NCBI RefSeq assembly: GCF_022045235.1
Contig: NW_027266330.1
Location: forward strand, 43,028,001 to 43,092,000
Direction: 5' to 3'
Origin: Haliotis cracherodii
Lineage: Eukaryota
DNA length: 64,000 nucleotides
Shown: piece by piece, positions 33,703 through 46,377 of the stretch
Position numbering within the stretch: the stretch's first letter is position 1
How the letters are laid out: every line of letters starts with the position of its first letter
Program-made: the position numbers and the translations under genes
Notes under the pieces: generated by a model
What the model saw: only the letters and a program-made list of their open reading frames with translations
What the model was told of the DNA's origin: nothing
Database searches by the model: none

Positions 33703-34698
33703 TTAAGTGGTGAGTTGAGTAATGCGGATATATTTGCTGTAACAGTTTGATTTCCAACGCCCATATTTCTGAATCTGCTTGGAACTAACCCCATTAATTG
33801 CTGCTGTGGTAGCCGCTCCAATGCGAAAAGAGTGTGACGAAAACAAATGAAGATTGAGGTGTGGTAAAGAAAATGACAGGGCCTTTCTTAACATTGACTG
33901 AAATTGGAATCTATTTAAAGGACGTCCATCAAAATGGACGAACACATGACCGTGCACTGGTGGTCTGATGGATAGAAACTGTTGCATTGCTCTGACAGGA
34001 CACAGTCTAGAGTGAAGGATAGCTGTTATTTGTATTTGCACACCTCTGCCGCCCTGATCCGTTTTGGATGAGCGTAAACATATCGTTATGTGACTTATAT
34101 CTGCTGCCACATGAATATCAGACAAAAGACACGCCTTATGCGAGAAATCCTTGGCTGACCCTGCCACCAGCTCGCTGATTCTAAAGAATCCAAAAAATGC
34201 AAGCAGGTATGCAGCTGTGAAAAGAGACGTTTCGTAAACTGAAGCACAAACTACCGGTAATGCTGTGACAATAACAGACAATAAGTCAACTGTAATTGGG
34301 AGTCGAGTGTCAGCCTTCTGTTTCTGTCTGACAAATCCAATCAAGGCTTTCTGAATAAGAAAATGGGATGTTAGGTCATGCATACCATGTAACTTTTGCC
34401 ATGTTGTTAATGCTGATATATACGACTTTGCCGTGCGAGGAGATTTTCCTGTTAAGGAGAGATGAGCGATAAAATGCATAAGGTGATCAACCGGGGCGGG
34501 CCAAATGTGTGGCAGGCTGAAAGAGATGCGGAAAACATTAAATGACTTTAGTGCAGACTCATACAGGTTCCATGTGTTGAGTGCTAGAGAAGACTGCACT
34601 AGACGTTGCACCTCTGTCGTCAGATCTGCCATATGTCCTGTGGTATGTGTGCTGGTATCTCGTCTGCCTGCGGTGCTGCTTCTTTGAACCTGGACCAC
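33703..34698 (-). CDS. Tyrosine recombinase (copy 3)
   Basis: As copy 1. Confidence 0.95.
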   Translation of the reverse strand: MVQVQRSSTAGRRDTSTHTTGHMADLTTEVQRLVQSSLALNTWNLYESALKSFNVFRISFSLPHIWPAPVDHLMHFIAHLSLTGKSPRTAKSYISALTTWQKLHGMHDLTSHFLIQKALIGFVRQKQKADTRLPITVDLLSVIVTALPVVCASVYETSLFTAAYLLAFFGFFRISELVAGSAKDFSHKACLLSDIHVAADISHITICLRSSKTDQGGRGVQIQITAILHSRLCPVRAMQQFLSIRPPVHGHVFVHFDGRPLNRFQFQSMLRKALSFSLPHLNLHLFSSHSFRIGAATTAAINGVSSKQIQKYGRWKSNCYSKYIRITQLTT

Positions 34699-36542
34699 TG
34701 AAATCTCGAAAGTGCATCAGCTATAACGTTTGCATGCGTTGGAATATACGATGCTTTGAACAAGATATCATGTTGTAAACAGAGGAGTATCAGGCGCCTA
34801 AGCAACGACATAACTCGTGGTGGTTTTGCTGTTTGTTTATTGATAATTGCTACCACTGCTTGGTTGTCACAAACAAACAACACTCGCTTATTTCGTAGAT
34901 GTCTGCCCCACAGTCTTACTGCCAATACAATTGGAAAAAGCTCTAGCATAGTGATGTCTTTAGTCCATCCATTCTGCACCCACTCGTTAGGCCATCTGCC
35001 ATTGGCCCATCTGCCCATGAAAAAGGCTCCGAAACCATGGTTACCTGACGCGTCGGTAAACAAATGTGTATCCGATGAATTGATCCACTCTGAATCTATA
35101 AATTCAGTAGTGCCATTGTGGTTTTGAAGAAATTGCCGCCATAAATTGAGGTCCTCGCGTATGCCTTGTGTTATCCTTATTCTGTGGTGAGGTTTTGACC
35201 CTCCGCGCTGTGCGTCAATGAGGCGTCTTAAAAAGGCGCGACCAATCGGAATTGCCCTACATACAAAATTAAGTTTCCCAAACAAGGACTGCAAGTAGTG
35301 TAATGTTGTTTTCTTCTTAAAAGGTGATAAAAGAGTATCTATTTCCTGCGTAAGCGGCACTACCTTATCCCTCGGTATGCTAATTTGCGCTTTGACTGTG
35401 TCTATTGTGATACCCAGGAACGTCATGTTTGTTGTAGGTAGAACCGTTTTGTCCTTTGCGACGGGAACGCCCATGTTTTGTAATAACTCCAGAGAGGACT
35501 GGAGAGTTTGTTGACACTTATTAGAGGCTAGTGCTGCCAATGCAAAATCATCCAAATAATGTTGTATGTTATCATTTTTGGTGTATTTCCTGAGTACCCA
35601 CTGCAAAAATGTGCTAAACTTTTCAAATGTTGCACATGATATGGAACAGCCAAATGGAAGACATTTGTCAAAGTAGAAATTAGGTTTGAATTGTATGCCC
35701 AGAAATTTAAAGTCATCTGGTCGTATAGGTATGAGGCGAAATGCAGACTTTATATCAAATTTTGCCATGTATGCACCCTTGCCTAATCCTTGTATCGCGG
35801 ATAGCACCTGGTCAAAGCTAGTGTACTTGACTGTTGACACCTCGTGTGATATGTAGTCGTTTACAGACTCTCCCTCAGGGTATGACAGATGGTGAATAAG
35901 TCTGAACGTTTGCTGAACTTGTTGATTATTGTGATTTGACTTCTTCGGAACGAGACCGATTGGAGAAACTATCATATCTTGAAATGGTGGTGCTGTAAAT
36001 GGACCTGCAATTCTACCTAGATCAACTTCTTTTTGTAGCATTGTTGCCACCATGTTAGGATGTTGTTGTGCGGATTTTAAATTGTATGCCATTCTAGGAC
36101 CCGGTGGACCCGTGTACTGTAGTGGAAAACCTCGAGAAAAACCTTCCGATAAAAACATAGCATCTGATGCGTAAAAGGGGGTGTAAATACTGAGCCAATG
36201 TGACAATACACGCATACTAATGGGTGTTGGCACTAGGCCTTGAGTTGGTATTGTTTGGGTTGGGTTTTGTTTGAGTACGGGGGGTTTTAACGCCCCCTTT
36301 TTGACGAAAGCATGTGTGTGCGCCGTGTGCAGTGCTGTCACATGTGATGCATTTGTGTGCATATCGGCAGAAAGACCTTGTACATCCGAATTTGTTAAAA
36401 TCCCAGCAAAACTTTGGGGTGCTACCGGTATTTGCGCTATCCGCGTTGAGATTGCTGCGGTTGGTGGTAGTGGTGGTGTTTGTGACGCGCGCGTGTGCTG
36501 CTTGTTGATTTGGAAGCATATGTTGTAACCATAAATGGCCAT
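34620..36542 (-). CDS. RT-RNase H (copy 3)
   Basis: As copy 1. Confidence 0.95.
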   Translation of the reverse strand: MAIYGYNICFQINKQHTRASQTPPLPPTAAISTRIAQIPVAPQSFAGILTNSDVQGLSADMHTNASHVTALHTAHTHAFVKKGALKPPVLKQNPTQTIPTQGLVPTPISMRVLSHWLSIYTPFYASDAMFLSEGFSRGFPLQYTGPPGPRMAYNLKSAQQHPNMVATMLQKEVDLGRIAGPFTAPPFQDMIVSPIGLVPKKSNHNNQQVQQTFRLIHHLSYPEGESVNDYISHEVSTVKYTSFDQVLSAIQGLGKGAYMAKFDIKSAFRLIPIRPDDFKFLGIQFKPNFYFDKCLPFGCSISCATFEKFSTFLQWVLRKYTKNDNIQHYLDDFALAALASNKCQQTLQSSLELLQNMGVPVAKDKTVLPTTNMTFLGITIDTVKAQISIPRDKVVPLTQEIDTLLSPFKKKTTLHYLQSLFGKLNFVCRAIPIGRAFLRRLIDAQRGGSKPHHRIRITQGIREDLNLWRQFLQNHNGTTEFIDSEWINSSDTHLFTDASGNHGFGAFFMGRWANGRWPNEWVQNGWTKDITMLELFPIVLAVRLWGRHLRNKRVLFVCDNQAVVAIINKQTAKPPRVMSLLRRLILLCLQHDILFKASYIPTHANVIADALSRFQWSRFKEAAPQADEIPAHIPQDIWQI

Positions 36543-37418
36543 CTATTGCCCACCAGGATCGAGACGGGTCACGTTGCATCCTTTGTCTGAAACTACGGTC
36601 ATATTGCAACCATGAATCTCCGCCGAACCTAATAGCAGCTCCCCTGATTGTTTCGCTGTAGGTAAGCAGATCCTGTATCTTATCCGGGTGTTTTTCTATG
36701 TATACGCTCATGTAGACGTTAAACGCCGATGTCCATGCGCCAATGCCTAATGGACGCGTTTGTTGTTGTTTGGGTTTAAAAATAATCTGACCTGTGGCGT
36801 CGAGCGCCAATGTAAATGCCGACATCTCTTGGGGTGTCTGATTTTGGGCCGATATTAGTTGTTTTAGCTCAATGAATTCGCCGTTGTGTATTTTTTCCCG
36901 TAGTTGTTGGGAAACATGTGATCCGATGTGTTCCGCTCTGATGTTTAACTGTATAGACAGGGTGTATTTGTCGCGGGTATGCCAAACATGGTTGGATCGT
37001 TTATATTCATAGTTGCGAAAGGATTGGGTGTTTGTGTTTGCTGTTGGGACGGATGCGTGTTATGTGCGTTTTCGCGTGCTAATGTACTAATGTTTATGTG
37101 CCCTTCATTGTTTGAAGACCTATCCCCAGTCGGCATCTGCGTGTCCCCGTTTGTGAGCGTGCTGTTAGCAAGCCTTGCCGTATTTGTAGGAAGCACTGTG
37201 TTAGCCGAGTTTGCATTATGCATAATATTGCTCGAATTGATAAAAACAAAATCACTATCCAACGTACCTGCAGTGTTCTGTGGTACTCCGCTGATCAGTC
37301 GTGAGCCAATTGGCGCATCCAAGTCTCTTCTATCCACATTTCTGCTAACCCCCGTCCTACTGGCTTTCGGACCCTTCACCAGTCGGTGGGTCAGCGCCGC
37401 TTTCCTTTTAGGAGGCAT
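36217..37418 (-). pseudogene. gag-like gene, frameshifted (copy 3)
   Basis: Same split as copy 1. Confidence 0.85.
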
Positions 37419-37725
37419 CCCAAACGAAGTAATGAGGTGAGGTGAAAACGCTATAGAGGTGAAACCGTAAGAGGTGAAATGCTAACCGCCGGACGCGTTG
37501 TGTTGTGTTGTTAGAATGACTTGACGGTTTTGGGAGTAAAAGAAGTGACATCACGAGACCACGTGTAGTGACGTCATGGGAGAAATGACGTATGTTGCCA
37601 TGGGGAGTATATTGGCGTGTCTTGTGAAAGGAGAATGTTTGTAAACAAATGGTGGAAAATGGTAAATGGGAATAGTTACTAGTATTGTTTATGCGGAGCT
37701 GACCATAAACCGATTTAGCTAAATA

Positions 37726-38226
37726 ATGCTAAATCATAATAAAAAGTATCGCAGAGCCGTGAATGCTCTGGACGGAGTTGACACCGCTCTTGTAGTAGCT
37801 GGCATGGGACTCGGTGTAGCCGGTGTCGGTTTACTATCAACTATAATCGCCGCGCCTATCGTGCTCGGCATGGAAATAACCGCCGGAGTCTCGGGACTGG
37901 CAGGAATAGCGATAAAATTCATTTCTCGTAGGTTACAAAAGAAAGCATTAAAACACGATAGTATTCGGATACTCGCCGAAGCAAAGTTGAACAGCATTGA
38001 GGATCATATTTCGACAGCAATGGCCGATTGTAAGATATCCGAGGATGAGTTTCGTTTAGTGCTGTCGGAACTCACCAAATACAACGTAATGAAGCAGGAG
38101 ATTCGATCAAAATCTCGTAAGACCAATGGTATTAGCGAAGACGAGAAAAAAAAGTTCATAGAACAAGGGAGGCAACAAGCGCGTCAATTATTCCGTGCCA
38201 AAACCAAAGAACTGGTTGGAGATTAA
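37726..38226 (+). CDS. Chimeric truncated Polinton membrane-protein ORF (166 aa)
   Basis: As 13185..13685. Confidence 0.4.
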   Translation: MLNHNKKYRRAVNALDGVDTALVVAGMGLGVAGVGLLSTIIAAPIVLGMEITAGVSGLAGIAIKFISRRLQKKALKHDSIRILAEAKLNSIEDHISTAMADCKISEDEFRLVLSELTKYNVMKQEIRSKSRKTNGISEDEKKKFIEQGRQQARQLFRAKTKELVGD

Positions 38227-38287
38227 AAATAAATTGCTTACTATCGTGTGATTACATTTAGACAAATGCTTACATAAATATATAATA

Positions 38288-38545
38288 ATGGAGAAAACTA
38301 TTAAATGGAGAGAATTACCACAAGGTTTTTATTATATCAGTGATGTCAAACCAACCAAATACGGTAATCAATTGTTTCTTATCAATTAACAAGAAGAGTG
38401 TAGTTATATAGTCTGGTCTCCTGGTAAAATGAACGAAGAACTTAATAAAAATGTTGAATATCGCTTTATCGATAAAAATAATGAAGAATATTTTTATTAC
38501 CATTTAGGCTCATCTAAAGCAATGATTGGCCCCAGGTATTGGTGA
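38288..38545 (+). pseudogene. 85-aa Polinton ORF with TTA>TAA nonsense
   Basis: Same nonsense as unit 3. Confidence 0.6.
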
Positions 38546-38554
38546 GCTAGAGCT

Positions 38555-38681
38555 GAATCTCATGACTATCGTTGAATCGCATAATCATTTTGGCATAAAA
38601 AATTCCATCTGTCGTAGCAGTATAGGTATATGAATCCAGCTCCAGTGGAAGTGGTCCAGAACCCCCATTACCTATACTACT
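38555..38681. repeat. Polinton right TIR (unit 4)
   Basis: Copy of 3251-3377. Confidence 0.85.
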
Positions 38682-39088
38682 CAAGGTCTCAGCCGGTCGC
38701 TTTTCGCTTTCGTGCAACTCTTATCAGGCTGAGCCCCAAACACGCCTTTATTTATGTCTGACAAATTCATTTATACTTCCAACCTCTTTGCAATGCCAAA
38801 GTCTATCTGCCTATACATTTTTATTCCGTTCCGACTATTTTTGGTTTTTGCCGAAAAGACAGCTATCTGTTAAGCCGTTTTGGCTGTATTTTAGCCACCA
38901 TTGTTGAGTGAATTAAGAAGTTTTTGGATCATTCTCGGATCTTTGCCATGGAAGTTTCTTGTCAATTAACGAGGTCTTAGCCGGTCATTTTTCACTTTCG
39001 CACAACTCTCATCGGCCATGTTGGGAGCCCCCAAACACCCCTTTCTTTAACTTCCAACCTCTTTGCTATGCTAAGGTCTACCTATCTA

Positions 39089-39347
39089 GACCCGTGAAGA
39101 TTCTGGGGTAGAATACCCATGCTTGCCTTAAAAGGCGACTATGCTTGTCGTAAAAGGCGACTAACGGGATCGGCTGGTCAGACTCGCTGACTTAGTTGAT
39201 GCATGTCATCGATCCCAATTGCGCTGATCGATGCTCATGATATAAATCACTTGATTGTCTGGTCAAGAATTGATTATTTTACAGACCGCCATCATATAGA
39301 TGGAGTATTGCTGAGTGTGGCGTTAAACAACAAACCAATCCAAACCA
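39089..39347 (+). mobile_element. SINE fragment (unit 4)
   Basis: Copy of 3785-4043. Confidence 0.7.
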
Positions 39348-39349
39348 CA

Positions 39350-41976
39350 GACAAAAAGTTCAAGTCGCTTTATGTATTTTCAGTGCCTTGTGATTTTTAA
39401 TGGAATTCATTGTGTATCGGACATCTAAGACTGCATCCATGCACCAAATTTGTTTTGTATACTGAGACTGATACTTTCTGGTTAGCTTGTGTAAAAGTCA
39501 AGTTGCTGAAGTATTTTCAGTGATGAGTGTCAGACATCTAATTCATCCACATACACAATATGATATTCTTCCCGAGGACGTATCCTTTCGAAGATGTAAA
39601 AGTCATGCACATGACAAAAAGTTCATGTCGGTGTATGTATTTTCAGTGCCTTGTGATTTTTAATGGAATTCATCTGTGTCGGACATCTAAGACTGCATCC
39701 ATGCACCAAATTTGTTTTGTATACTGAGACTGATACTTTCTGGTTAGCTTGTAGAAAAAACAAGTCGCTTTATGTATTTCCAGTGACTTTTGATTTTTAA
39801 TGGAATTCATTGTGTGTCTGACATCTAAGACTGCATCCATGCACCAAATTTGTTTTGTATACTGAGACTGATACTTTCTGGTTAGCTTGTGGAAAGGTCA
39901 AGTCGCTTTATGTATTTTCAGTGCCTTTTGATTTTTAATGGAATTCATTATGTGTCGGACATCTAAGACTGCATCCATGCACCAAATTTGTTTTGTATAC
40001 TGAGACTGATACTTTGTGGTTAGCTTGTGGAAAAGTCAGGTTGCTGAGACATCTAAGAAATCTTCCACATACACAATATGATATTCTTCCCGAGGATGTA
40101 AAAGTCATGCACATGACAAAAAGTTCAAGTCGCTTTATGTATTTTCAGTGCCTTTTGAATTTTTAATGGAATTCATTGTGTGTCGGACATCTAAGACTGC
40201 ATCCATGCACCAAATTTGTTTTGTATACTGAGACTGATAATTTAAGGTTAGTTTGTGGAAAAGTCAAGTTGCTGATGTATTTTCAGTGATGAGTGTCAGA
40301 CATAAATATGATATTCCTGAGGATGGATTCTTTCCAAAGATGTTAAAGTCATGCACATGACAAAAAATTCAAGTCGCTTTATGTATTTTCAGTGCCTTGT
40401 GATTTTTAATGGAATTCATTGTGTGTCGGACATCTAAGACTGCATCCATGCACCAAATTTGTTTTGTATACTGAGACTGATACTTTGTGGTTAGCTTGTA
40501 GAAAAGTCAGGTTGCTGAGACATCTAAGAATTCTTCCAAATATACAATATGATATTCTTCCCGAGGATGTAAAAGTCATGCACCTGTCAAAAAGTTCAAG
40601 TCGCTTTATGTATTTTCAGTGCCTTGTGATTTTTAATGGAATTCATTATGTGTCGGACATCTAAGACTGCATCCATGCACCAAATTTGTTTTGTATACTG
40701 AAACTGATACTTTCTGGTTAGCTTGTGTAAAAGTCAAGTTGCTAAAGTATTTTCAGTGATGAGTATCAGACATCTAATTCATCCACATACACAATATGAT
40801 ATTCTTCCCGAGGACGTATCCTTTCGAAGATGTAAAAGTCATGCACATGACAAAAAGTTCATGTCGGTGTATGTATTTTCAGTGCCTTGTGATTTTTAAT
40901 GGAATTCATCTGTGTCGGACATCTAAGACTGCATCCATGCACCAAATTTGTTTTGTATACTGAGACTGATACTTTCTGGTTAGCTTGTAGAACAAACAAG
41001 TCGCTTTATGTATTTCCAGTGACTTTTGATTTTTAATGGAATTCATTGTGTCTTGGACATCTAAGACTGCATCCATGCACAAAATTTGATTGTATACTAA
41101 GACTGATACTTTGAGGTTAGCTTGTGGAAAAGTCAAGTTGTTGATGTATTTTCAGTGCCTTGTGATTTTTAATGGAATTCATTGTGTGTCGGACATCTAA
41201 GACTGCATCCATGCACCAAATTTGTTTTGTATACTGAGACTGATACTTTCAGGTTAGCTTGTGGAAAAGTCAGGTTGCTGAGACATCTAAGAATTCTTCC
41301 ACATACACAATATGATATTCTTCCTGAGGATGTAAAAGTCATGCACCTGACAAAAAGTTCAAGTCGCTTTATGTATTTTCAGTGCCTTGTGATTTTTAAT
41401 GGAATTCATCTGTGTCGGACATCTAAGACTGCATCCATGCACAAAATTTGATTGTATACTAAGACTGATACTTTGAGGTTAGCTTGTGGAAAAGTCAAGT
41501 TGCTGATGTATTTTCAGTGATGAGTGTCAGACATCTAATTCATCCACATACACAATATGATATTCTTCCTGAGGACGTATCCTTTCGAAGATGTAAAAGT
41601 CATGCACATGACAAAAAGTTCATGTCGGTGTATGTATTTTCAGTGCCTTGTGATTTTTAATGGAATTCATTATGTGGCGGACATCTAAGACTGCATCCAT
41701 GCACCAAATTTGTTTTGTATACTGAGACTGATACTTTCTGGTTAGCTTGTGGAAAGGTCAGGTTGCTGAGACATCTAAGAAATCTTCCACATACACAATA
41801 TGATATTCTTCCCGAGGATGTAAAAGTCATGCACATGACAAAAAGTTCAAGTCGCTTTATGTATTTTCAGTGCCTTTTGAATTTTTAATGGAATTCATTG
41901 TGTGTCGGACATCTAAGACTGCATCCATGCACCAAATTTGTTTTGTATACTGAGACTGATAATTTAAGGTTAGTTT
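39350..41976. repeat. Modular EcoRI satellite array (unit 4)
   Basis: Same monomer order as unit 3. Confidence 0.95.
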
Positions 41977-42654
41977 GTGTAGTGATGTCATGGGAGAAAT
42001 GACGTATGTTGCCATGGGGAGTATATTGGCGTGTCTTGTGAAAGGAGAATGTTTGTAAACAAATGGTGGAAAATGGTAAATGGGAATAGTTACTAGTATT
42101 GTTTATGCGGAGCTGACCATAAACCGATTTAGCTAAATAATGCTAAATCATATTATGTTCAGACTACCTCCGATGAAAAGATTAACAAACAATGATGTTT
42201 TGTGGGATATAATGGGCAGAGTGTGGATGAGGCAGTCGGGGGGATAAGCAAGGTCCTACCGCGGACTAGAAATCGCATACAGCCCCTATCGCGGGTCAAG
42301 TTGTCCCTCCACCGTGCTTGGCAGACAGGACCCACAGCAAAGATACTATCACTCCCCCCGCGGAAACAGCGGGCAGAAGAATTTGGGCTCCCACTGTAAT
42401 TAGCAGGCAGCCAGAGTATCATACACACACCAGCATGGTGTTAAACCAAATCCCCCGACTGCACCATGCCAAACAGCGGGGTGCAAAATGTATAAATACA
42501 CTATGCACACCGCTGACATCCACACATTATATTATATTTGCATTAAATTATGATGTGGAAGGGAGATGGGGAGTGGATAAGAGACTGGGAAGGAAAAGAA
42601 AATTATGCGCCTCCCCCCAAAGTGAAGTTATACATACTTACCCGAACAGTACCT

Positions 42655-43187
42655 TTACTCATCACTAAACAATGTCCTGCGTACATTTGATTTAAAATGG
42701 GCCATGCCCGACCGGTTTAAATGAACTCCCCGAGGAGTATAAAATGGAGCATCATGTTTGATCTGAGGGTGGGTACACCTTAGACCCCCCTCTTCCCTGA
42801 TCACTCCCGCAATCCGCCTATTAATCAATTTTCTTTTCAGTTCAATCCTTTTAACATTGCTGGCTCCTCGCCAGGTTTGTCGAGGCAACATGTCAGACCA
42901 TACCAATTTGGTATTCGGGAGTTTAAGTTGAGCGTATGTTATGTCCAGATACATGTTTTCATAAAGTTCCTTTGTCCCCTTTGTACACAGATCATTTGAT
43001 CCAAGGTGGATAACCAGAAGCTTCGGCTGGGGATGGCGGGCAACAAGTGTATCCACTGCCTTGCGGAATTCCCCCCACTTCATTCCGCCCTTTGCATGCC
43101 AGCGGGTACCCGTCAGTAGGGAGTCCGATGTAGTGGCCAGATGGTCGTGGAATCGGACCATATTACTGGACCCGATACACCATACAT
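42655..43187 (-). CDS. SGNH hydrolase-like exon (copy 4)
   Basis: As copy 1. Confidence 0.85.
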
Positions 43188-43537
43188 CTGAAACTTAAAA
43201 CACACTAGCAGCATCTTTGTTATAATAACATCTGCTTTATCTTTACCTANNNNNNNNNNNNNNNNNNNNNNNNNNNNNNNNNNNNNNNNNNNNNNNNNNN
43301 NNNNNNNNNNNNNNNNNNNNNNNNNNNNNNNNNNNNNNNNNNNNNNNNNNNNNNNNNNNNNNNNNNNNNNNNNNNNNNNNNNNNNNNNNNNNNNNNNNNN
43401 NNNNNNNNNNNNNNNNNNNNNNNNNNNNNNNNNNNNNNNNAGTTAGTGAAAAAGTATGTATTATCCCGTTACCCCCGTGGAACCGCAACAGGCAGGAACG
43501 GCTGGTGAGTCTGTGTTTGTTTCTGCTAGGTATACTG

Positions 43538-44533
43538 TTAAGTGGTGAGTTGAGTAATGCGGATATATTTGCTGTAACAGTTTGATTTCCAACGCCCATA
43601 TTTCTGAATCTGCTTGGAACTAACCCCATTAATTGCTGCTGTGGTAGCCGCTCCAATGCGAAAAGAGTGTGACGAAAACAAATGAAGATTGAGGTGTGGT
43701 AAAGAAAATGACAGGGCCTTTCTTAACATTGACTGAAATTGGAATCTATTTAAAGGACGTCCATCAAAATGGACGAACACATGACCGTGCACTGGTGGTC
43801 TGATGGATAGAAACTGTTGCATTGCTCTGACAGGACACAGTCTAGAGTGAAGGATAGCTGTTATTTGTATTTGCACACCTCTGCCGCCCTGATCCGTTTT
43901 GGATGAGCGTAAACATATCGTTATGTGACTTATATCTGCTGCCACATGAATATCAGACAAAAGACACGCCTTATGCGAGAAATCCTTGGCTGACCCTGCC
44001 ACCAGCTCGCTGATTCTAAAGAATCCAAAAAATGCAAGCAGGTATGCAGCTGTGAAAAGAGACGTTTCGTAAACTGAAGCACAAACTACCGGTAATGCTG
44101 TGACAATAACAGACAATAAGTCAACTGTAATTGGGAGTCGAGTGTCAGCCTTCTGTTTCTGTCTGACAAATCCAATCAAGGCTTTCTGAATAAGAAAATG
44201 GGATGTTAGGTCATGCATACCATGTAACTTTTGCCATGTTGTTAATGCTGATATATACGACTTTGCCGTGCGAGGAGATTTTCCTGTTAAGGAGAGATGA
44301 GCGATAAAATGCATAAGGTGATCAACCGGGGCGGGCCAAATGTGTGGCAGGCTGAAAGAGATGCGGAAAACATTAAATGACTTTAGTGCAGACTCATACA
44401 GGTTCCATGTGTTGAGTGCTAGAGAAGACTGCACTAGACGTTGCACCTCTGTCGTCAGATCTGCCATATGTCCTGTGGTATGTGTGCTGGTATCTCGTCT
44501 GCCTGCGGTGCTGCTTCTTTGAACCTGGACCAC
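43538..44533 (-). CDS. Tyrosine recombinase (copy 4)
   Basis: As copy 1. Confidence 0.95.
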   Translation of the reverse strand: MVQVQRSSTAGRRDTSTHTTGHMADLTTEVQRLVQSSLALNTWNLYESALKSFNVFRISFSLPHIWPAPVDHLMHFIAHLSLTGKSPRTAKSYISALTTWQKLHGMHDLTSHFLIQKALIGFVRQKQKADTRLPITVDLLSVIVTALPVVCASVYETSLFTAAYLLAFFGFFRISELVAGSAKDFSHKACLLSDIHVAADISHITICLRSSKTDQGGRGVQIQITAILHSRLCPVRAMQQFLSIRPPVHGHVFVHFDGRPLNRFQFQSMLRKALSFSLPHLNLHLFSSHSFRIGAATTAAINGVSSKQIQKYGRWKSNCYSKYIRITQLTT

Positions 44534-46377
44534 TGAAATCTCGAAAGTGCATCAGCTATAACGTTTGCATGCGTTGGAATATACGATGCTTTGAACAAGA
44601 TATCATGTTGTAAACAGAGGAGTATCAGGCGCCTAAGCAACGACATAACTCGTGGTGGTTTTGCTGTTTGTTTATTGATAATTGCTACCACTGCTTGGTT
44701 GTCACAAACAAACAACACTCGCTTATTTCGTAGATGTCTGCCCCACAGTCTTACTGCCAATACAATTGGAAAAAGCTCTAGCATAGTGATGTCTTTAGTC
44801 CATCCATTCTGCACCCACTCGTTAGGCCATCTGCCATTGGCCCATCTGCCCATGAAAAAGGCTCCGAAACCATGGTTACCTGACGCGTCGGTAAACAAAT
44901 GTGTATCCGATGAATTGATCCACTCTGAATCTATAAATTCAGTAGTGCCATTGTGGTTTTGAAGAAATTGCCGCCATAAATTGAGGTCCTCGCGTATGCC
45001 TTGTGTTATCCTTATTCTGTGGTGAGGTTTTGACCCTCCGCGCTGTGCGTCAATGAGGCGTCTTAAAAAGGCGCGACCAATCGGAATTGCCCTACATACA
45101 AAATTAAGTTTCCCAAACAAGGACTGCAAGTAGTGTAATGTTGTTTTCTTCTTAAAAGGTGATAAAAGAGTATCTATTTCCTGCGTAAGCGGCACTACCT
45201 TATCCCTCGGTATGCTAATTTGCGCTTTGACTGTGTCTATTGTGATACCCAGGAACGTCATGTTTGTTGTAGGTAGAACCGTTTTGTCCTTTGCGACGGG
45301 AACGCCCATGTTTTGTAATAACTCCAGAGAGGACTGGAGAGTTTGTTGACACTTATTAGAGGCTAGTGCTGCCAATGCAAAATCATCCAAATAATGTTGT
45401 ATGTTATCATTTTTGGTGTATTTCCTGAGTACCCACTGCAAAAATGTGCTAAACTTTTCAAATGTTGCACATGATATGGAACAGCCAAATGGAAGACATT
45501 TGTCAAAGTAGAAATTATGTTTGAATTGTATGCCCAGAAATTTAAAGTCATCTGGTCGTATAGGTATGAGGCGAAATGCAGACTTTATATCAAATTTTGC
45601 CATGTATGCACCCTTGCCTAATCCTTGTATAGCGGATAGCACCTGGTCAAAGCTAGTGTACTTGACTGTTGACACCTCGTGTGATATGTAGTCGTTTACA
45701 GACTCTCCCTCAGGGTATGACAGATGGTGAATAAGTCTGAACGTTTGCTGAACTTGTTGATTATTGTGATTTGACTTCTTCGGAACGAGACCGATTGGAG
45801 AAACTATCATATCTTGAAATGGTGGTGCTGTAAATGGACCTGCAATTCTACCTAGATCAACTTCTTTTTGTAGCATTGTTGCCACCATGTTAGGATGTTG
45901 TTGTGCGGATTTTAAATTGTATGCCATTCTAGGACCCGGTGGACCCGTGTACTGTAGTGGAAAACCTCGAGAAAAACCTTCCGATAAAAACATAGCATCT
46001 GATGCGTAAAAGGGGGTGTAAATACTGAGCCAATGTGACAATACACGCATACTAATGGGTGTTGGCACTAGGCCTTGAGTTGGTATTGTTTGGGTTGGGT
46101 TTTGTTTGAGTACGGGGGGTTTTAACGCCCCCTTTTTGACGAAAGCATGTGTGTGGGCCGTGTGCAGTGCTGTCACATGTGATGCATTTGTGTGCATATC
46201 GGCAGAAAGACCTTGTACATCCGAATTTGTTAAAATCCCAGCAAAACTTTGGGGTGCTACCGGTATTTGCGCTATCCGCGTTGAGATTGCTGCGGTTGGT
46301 GGTAGTGGTGGTGTTTGTGACGCGCGCGTGTGCTGCTTGTTGATTTGGAAGCATATGTTGTAACCATAAATGGCCAT
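44455..46377 (-). CDS. RT-RNase H (copy 4)
   Basis: As copy 1. Confidence 0.95.
   Translation of the reverse strand: MAIYGYNICFQINKQHTRASQTPPLPPTAAISTRIAQIPVAPQSFAGILTNSDVQGLSADMHTNASHVTALHTAHTHAFVKKGALKPPVLKQNPTQTIPTQGLVPTPISMRVLSHWLSIYTPFYASDAMFLSEGFSRGFPLQYTGPPGPRMAYNLKSAQQHPNMVATMLQKEVDLGRIAGPFTAPPFQDMIVSPIGLVPKKSNHNNQQVQQTFRLIHHLSYPEGESVNDYISHEVSTVKYTSFDQVLSAIQGLGKGAYMAKFDIKSAFRLIPIRPDDFKFLGIQFKHNFYFDKCLPFGCSISCATFEKFSTFLQWVLRKYTKNDNIQHYLDDFALAALASNKCQQTLQSSLELLQNMGVPVAKDKTVLPTTNMTFLGITIDTVKAQISIPRDKVVPLTQEIDTLLSPFKKKTTLHYLQSLFGKLNFVCRAIPIGRAFLRRLIDAQRGGSKPHHRIRITQGIREDLNLWRQFLQNHNGTTEFIDSEWINSSDTHLFTDASGNHGFGAFFMGRWANGRWPNEWVQNGWTKDITMLELFPIVLAVRLWGRHLRNKRVLFVCDNQAVVAIINKQTAKPPRVMSLLRRLILLCLQHDILFKASYIPTHANVIADALSRFQWSRFKEAAPQADEIPAHIPQDIWQI

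Larger units (their letters stand above)
32165..37738 (-). mobile_element. Ngaro-type YR retrotransposon, copy 3
   Basis: Near-identical, same junctions. Confidence 0.92.
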